Positions 59,297-64,000 of a DNA stretch of 64,000 nucleotides are shown one piece after another. Source of the stretch: Schizochytrium sp. TIO01 (lineage: Eukaryota; Protista; Bigyra: Labyrinthulomycetes); assembly GCA_004764695.1 (NCBI GenBank), contig SMSO01000032.1, forward strand, positions 3,100,001 to 3,164,000, read 5' to 3'. The position numbers and the translations under genes were made by a program. Numbering within the stretch: the stretch's first letter is position 1; every line of letters starts with the position of its first letter. Below the pieces are notes generated by a model, which saw only the letters and a program-made list of their open reading frames with translations, did no database searches and was not told where the DNA came from.

Positions 59297-61626
59297 TCAG
59301 GGTGAGCTCTTAGAACAAAAAAAAGATAGGAAGTGGGTCTTGTGACAGCTCGTTCTTCCAAACGTTGACTTTGAACCATTGATATAGCTCTGCTCATATT
59401 TACGAAGTGTTGCGAAATACACAATCATACGGTTCTCAGGACCAAGATCAAGCTTCCTTCGCAGCGATTCGTATGCAGTCTTCGGTTTGGGATGCATGTC
59501 ACTCAGTGTGCACTGTATAGCATGCACGGTACGATGTCCGCCGGGTCCATCTGAAAGTCCTCCATCACGTTCTGCCCAGAGCAAATCAACAAATCGATAT
59601 GTTGGATCCAATGGCTTGTACAAATATCCAACTTCCATTTCAGATGCTTTCACAAAGCGGTTCCATATTACACTTGTACTTGTCTTACTACGAAGCACCT
59701 GCCCTGGTTCTAACAAATCATCGAATTGAAAAGGCACGTGTCCCTTTCTTCCTTTGTTCTCCACTTTCGACCACCGCCATTGTAGACCTTTGCCTGAAAT
59801 GAGAGAGGTCTCAACCAACCTCTCCAACAACATTGGGTCCCCGTGATCTTTGAGAGGGTTCAAGTTCATCAGGTATAGATTGCGACGAGCCTCGTCGATA
59901 GAGATGGAATCAGCCTTTTCTCTCAGTCGTTACACATCGAATGCAGGAACAAGTTTAAAGTTGAAGTAATCTCCCACGTCTGCATATGGAGTTGCTACTG
60001 AGCCTAGCGTGTGCGTCAAGTGATCCTCTTGTGAGTGCGTCTCGAGGCGGAGCCTTGTTAGAATCTTTAATACCTCCGATTCCTCCATAGTGCTAACTTT
60101 GTCTTGAATCTTGTTGGAATACTGTTCGAAACCCAGTCTGGGAGTGAACATTAACCACAAATATGGGCCAACTCTGGACTTACGTTTAAGAACCTCTGTT
60201 GGAGTAAAGTGCGAGCATTCAGCTAAAGATACAAGACTCGATCCCATCGTAAGTCGTTTATTATGTGTTGGGCATGACACATAAAGCTGCTTTGCATCAT
60301 ATTGTTTACAAAACTCTTTGTAGCGCTGCGTATCTGGAGAGCAGGCAGCAACGCATGGTATTCCTCGAACTGCAGGTACTTCCTGCATCGAGGCCTCTGG
60401 GTCATAAATTTCTTTGTATATTACCATTATGAGAAACAGGCCTGAGCGCAGATACACTAATTGCGATGTCCCTCTCAACCCGACAAACGTGTCTTGAACC
60501 CACCTCTAGTGACAAGAAGAACGCACCAACGCTGACGGCTGCTCCATTCCAACAAAACGTGAAAATTTGTGGCTGTGGAAGCACTGTTAGGTCTTCACCA
60601 AGAACACACCATACTTCTGGGTTAAATACCACCACTACGTACTTCCAAAGGTGCCAAGACTTTGAGATACCTGGATCGCCAATAACGACTGAATTTTCAT
60701 ATTTCCACCACGTCTTCATAAGACCAATATCTTCATTTCTAAAGAATAAAATATTTGCTCCAGGACGATTAATCATTCCTGGAAAAGACCGTGGCAAGGT
60801 GACCACGTACATGGAGCTATCCACAGCAAATTCCTCTTCACTCTTCCACGCCACCTTTGTCACCCCAATCTTGTCTGCCCTGGCCATATTGGGCCAGTCC
60901 ACAAATCCTGTTTCCTCATCCAGTGTTCAAGTTCCATGATTCACGACCTCAGCGCCTGACACGCTCCGAAGCCACGCTTGCTCGCCCTCCGCAGCTTTTG
61001 GTCTGCATTCGATATAATTGGCGCATGCTCGCTGTAGCTTCTGAGCCATATCCTTGTCAAGCCCGTCCGTGTTGAAGAAGGAAGGTTGGTCAATATCAGC
61101 CGGATTCGTACTCATAGGCAACTTGCTCTCGCCAACATGTTTATGATATAGAAAGTCACAGGCAGCTAAAGGAACACCTTCCTGACGCAAAATACTTAAA
61201 AATGTCTTGTACTCACCTTGGCCAAGATGTAATGTGCAAGTATCACAACCAGCATGGAAAATATTCCAGAAAGCAGTCGTAACTATAGCTTCTCGAAGGC
61301 CGTAATTCAATAGCCTAGGGACAACTTCTTTTCCGAGAAAGCTTTTCCAAGAAATTTTACATGCGTTAGTTCCCCATCCATCCATTCATCTTCTCAAGGA
61401 TCTTTTGGACACCTTCTCGGTCTGGTTTTCCAGGCGTTTCGATAGTCTTCTGACTAGTTCTTTGACCTGTCCTCATTTCATGATTAGTGGTGCTTCGGTG
61501 CCGTACGAAAAGACTTTGCGCCCCTGCCGCTCTAACTCGATGCTCCATAAGAATTGTACTTCTGTCAGTAGTGGAGTTGCCCTCAAGAATAGGAGAAAGC
61601 TTAAAGCAACACCTTTCCATCATCAA
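59297..61626 (-). pseudogene. Crinkler/RHS-like P-loop NTPase + REase effector pseudogene
   Basis: Walker A VVIGDPGISKS, VAACSPD..RYKEF, C-terminal LYKP.DPTYRFVD...AIQCT...HP; in-frame TGA 60927-60929, TAA 59930-59932, frameshifts near 60470 and 61380. Confidence 0.8.
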
Positions 61627-62719
61627 CTCTCTCTCTGCTGAGACTTCACAGCAGTCTTATTAATTAGTGTTGCGCAACAGATGCCCCGAGTGTACAAACC
61701 CAATGACGCTTTCTTTCTTCAGCGTTTTGTAGAGAATTCCGTTTCTGAACGATGAGGGAAGACCTCTCAAAAGCGGCGGCTGAGGCAGAGTTTTCAGCAG
61801 TGTTGAACAGGTAAGTTCTCAAGAAGGAGTCCAATCTCCTGAGTTCGAAGCAGCAGGGAAGAAGATAGACCGGGGACGAGGGGGGTTTGCACACACGGGC
61901 ATCTCAGCAGGTCCTCTCACTCCCGACTTGCTTAACAATGAATAGAGTCCCATGTACCGCGCCAGAGTTTCACATGGACCAAACTCTTCATTCAAGATTT
62001 GCTTTGAGTAGGCCTAATTATTGAACTAGCAGTAGACTTGCTAGAACAACAGTACTAGGTACCCACTGACCTGTTTAAAGTGACGAACGAACCAAAGTAT
62101 TTACTTAAGCAAATCATTTTCCGATTATGTATTGTTTTCGATGTTTTAAAGCGCAATAGCCTGACTTGAGAGAAAAACAGCACCGGAAAACATATTTGCT
62201 TAGTGAAAACTGAATGAGTTGCTAATATTCAAAGATCCCAGGAGCAGAGATGCGAGTGCCCCGTAGTGTCGACAATTTCAAAGAATATTTTGGCATCAAA
62301 AATGGGAAGACTTTTCTTTTGGGGCAAGACAATAATCAGTTTATTCTCTAGGTATAGAAAAGGCAAACAGTTTGTAAAAGGAGATACATGCAATACTGAA
62401 TATTGGATAGAAGCTGAGTATAGCATGAGTGGTTGGTTTTGTCTGGAGTATATAGATTGTTGAAAGCATCTCATTCAAGATGCTGTTACTCTCGTCGACT
62501 CTGCACCCTTGACTCATACAATCGGTGATTGATTGAAATGTTGCGTGCAAATGATCGCGTTGAATTAGAGCAATGACAATCCCTTCAACGAGTGAGCAAT
62601 CTTGCTGTCATATTTCGGTAGCATGCGCTGGAGGTAATTTATCACCTTTGCAAAACAAAACTGGAAACCTTGGAGTTGCTTTCTTGGAGTGCTAGGGTAA
62701 AAAAATGAACGGAGAAAAA

Positions 62720-62838
62720 AACATTCAACACCGGGGCTTCGCATGCAGTCCCCTATCATACTACTGACCCGGCCCTACGCGACTTTACTTCTCAGTGCGA
62801 ATGAGATGAGGTGTTACCCGCGTGGTATGATCGAATGT
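62720..62838 (-). rRNA. 5S rRNA gene
   Basis: 119 nt, ACATTCGATCATACC...CATCTCATTCG..CTGAGAAGTAAAG...AGTAGTATGATAGGGGAC...GAAGCCCCGGTGTTGAATGT; ends pair as helix I; T-run terminator. Confidence 0.93.
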
Positions 62839-63298
62839 GTTGAAGAGAGGGTGCATGATGAATTTATAGTCACTTACTTACTTTTTTGACGACTTAGGTG
62901 CAAGATAGATAGTATTAGGAGAGAGTGGTAGTGGAACCTCTGCAGCAAGCATCCCTGCAGAAGATATTCTAGGAGTAGGCTTTAGGAAATAGGAATAGTC
63001 TTGAAAGAGCGAGAAAGAAAGGGGTCAGCACATGCAGAACCCGAGGCTGAGTAGGCAAGGTTAGGTTCGTAATAGTAAAATATCCTTTCACTTCGAGAGC
63101 ACTAAAGAGTATCTCCTTCTTAAGGAGAACCATAGTAACTCAGTAAGTCAGACCATGGGCGCACCTCTGTCATCGACTTGCAGCTTTACGTCCAGCAGGT
63201 TCGAAACCTTCTGCAACGACTGGGGCTGCGCCACGAGCTTAGCTGAAGGGATATAAGCACGTGTACGCTGGTTCAGGTATAGATCTTTACTTGCTGCG

Positions 63299-63375
63299 AT
63301 GTCGGACCACCCAAGTCTTGTCGCTGCCCTTGAACAGCTTCAGAATGGTGCTACAATTTTAGAGTAAGTTAACAC

Positions 63376-63439
<64 letters not shown>

Positions 63440-63792
63440 TGCACGGTGTTGCTTTTGTTGTTATTGTTTTTGCAAGTTTGTGCAATGGCTGGTTTGTTTG
63501 TTTGTTTGATGGATATATGGATGGATGAATGGATAAGTTGTCTGTTTGAGTGAGTATACATCCATCGAACAAAGAGCAAAATGACAACACAACAAAGATA
63601 AATGCTGAGAGCCAACCTAGATCACTCACGTCCATGCATGCATGCGTGCATCTATTGTAATATGTAACGTGTAATGTATTGCTTGCCATCATTCAATCAA
63701 ATCGACAGTCTTTATGGCAACGATATCGGCGACGAGGGCGCCAAGGCAATGGGTACGGCGCTGAAAGAGAACCGGTCGCTGACATCACTCAA
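63299..63792 (+). CDS. 5' part of RI-type (NLRC3-like) LRR gene; exons 63299-63363 and 63709-63792, probably continuing beyond the window
   Basis: GA|GTAAGT...ACAG|T splice gives MSDHPSLVAALEQLQNGATILDLYGNDIGDEGAKAMGTALKENRSLTSL; exon 2 is 84 nt, one 28-aa LRR, with donor AA|GTACGT. Confidence 0.85.
63376..63439. repeat. (GCTT)16 microsatellite in LRR intron 1
   Basis: Directly visible. Confidence 0.97.
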
Positions 63793-63867
63793 GTACGTTG
63801 TCTACGCAACACCGCAGCTCGTGGACTTGTTTGTACATGATGCTTGGTTTGTTGTTGGGTAGGTGGG

Positions 63868-64000
63868 TCGGTGTTGTTTTGCAAGTTTATGCAATCGCTT
63901 GTTTGTTTGATGGATGGATGAGTTGTCTGTTTGAGTGAGTATGCATCCATCGAACAAAGAGCAAAATGACAACACAACAAAGATAAATGCTGAAAGCCAA
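63868..64000 (+). repeat. LRR intron 2 segment near-identical to intron 1 (63445-63615)
   Basis: Shared gttgtctgtttgagtgagtat.catccatcgaacaaagagcaaaatgacaacacaacaaagataaatgctga.agccaa. Confidence 0.93.

Noticed and set aside
60927-60929. In-frame TGA as selenocysteine or programmed readthrough
   Set aside because: The same gene also has an in-frame TAA and frameshifts, so ordinary pseudogenisation is simpler.
63340-63692. Minus-strand ORFs with KQAS repeats
   Set aside because: Translation of the intronic (GCTT)n microsatellite.

Overview
Eukaryotic nuclear DNA: GT-AG introns with CTAAC-type branch sites, AT-rich spacers, and Pol III genes with oligo-T terminators. The intron-poor genes and gene content suggest a stramenopile such as a thraustochytrid/labyrinthulomycete (inference only). 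About 7-50 kb carries mostly housekeeping genes: Cu/Zn-SOD, tRNA-His, a PKG-type cNMP-dependent kinase, a folate/FAD-type mitochondrial carrier, RRP46, a SWIB protein with a transit-peptide-like N-terminus, MOB1, a frameshifted GH18 chitinase, a long-chain acyl-CoA synthetase and several orphan ORFs. About 51-64 kb looks accessory: three tRNA-Leu genes, a 7TM-like ORF, decayed Crinkler/RHS-type REase-kinase and NTPase-REase genes, a solo 5S rRNA gene, and the start of an LRR gene. Most notable: (1) a dispersed ~85-bp double-hairpin intergenic element in ~15 copies, with variation that preserves pairing; (2) the LRR gene, whose visible 84-nt exon encodes exactly one repeat and lies between near-duplicate introns; (3) a multi-pass membrane protein with a basic/RS patch, a chromo-like domain and a WW domain. 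All alignments and family calls were made by eye, without searches.
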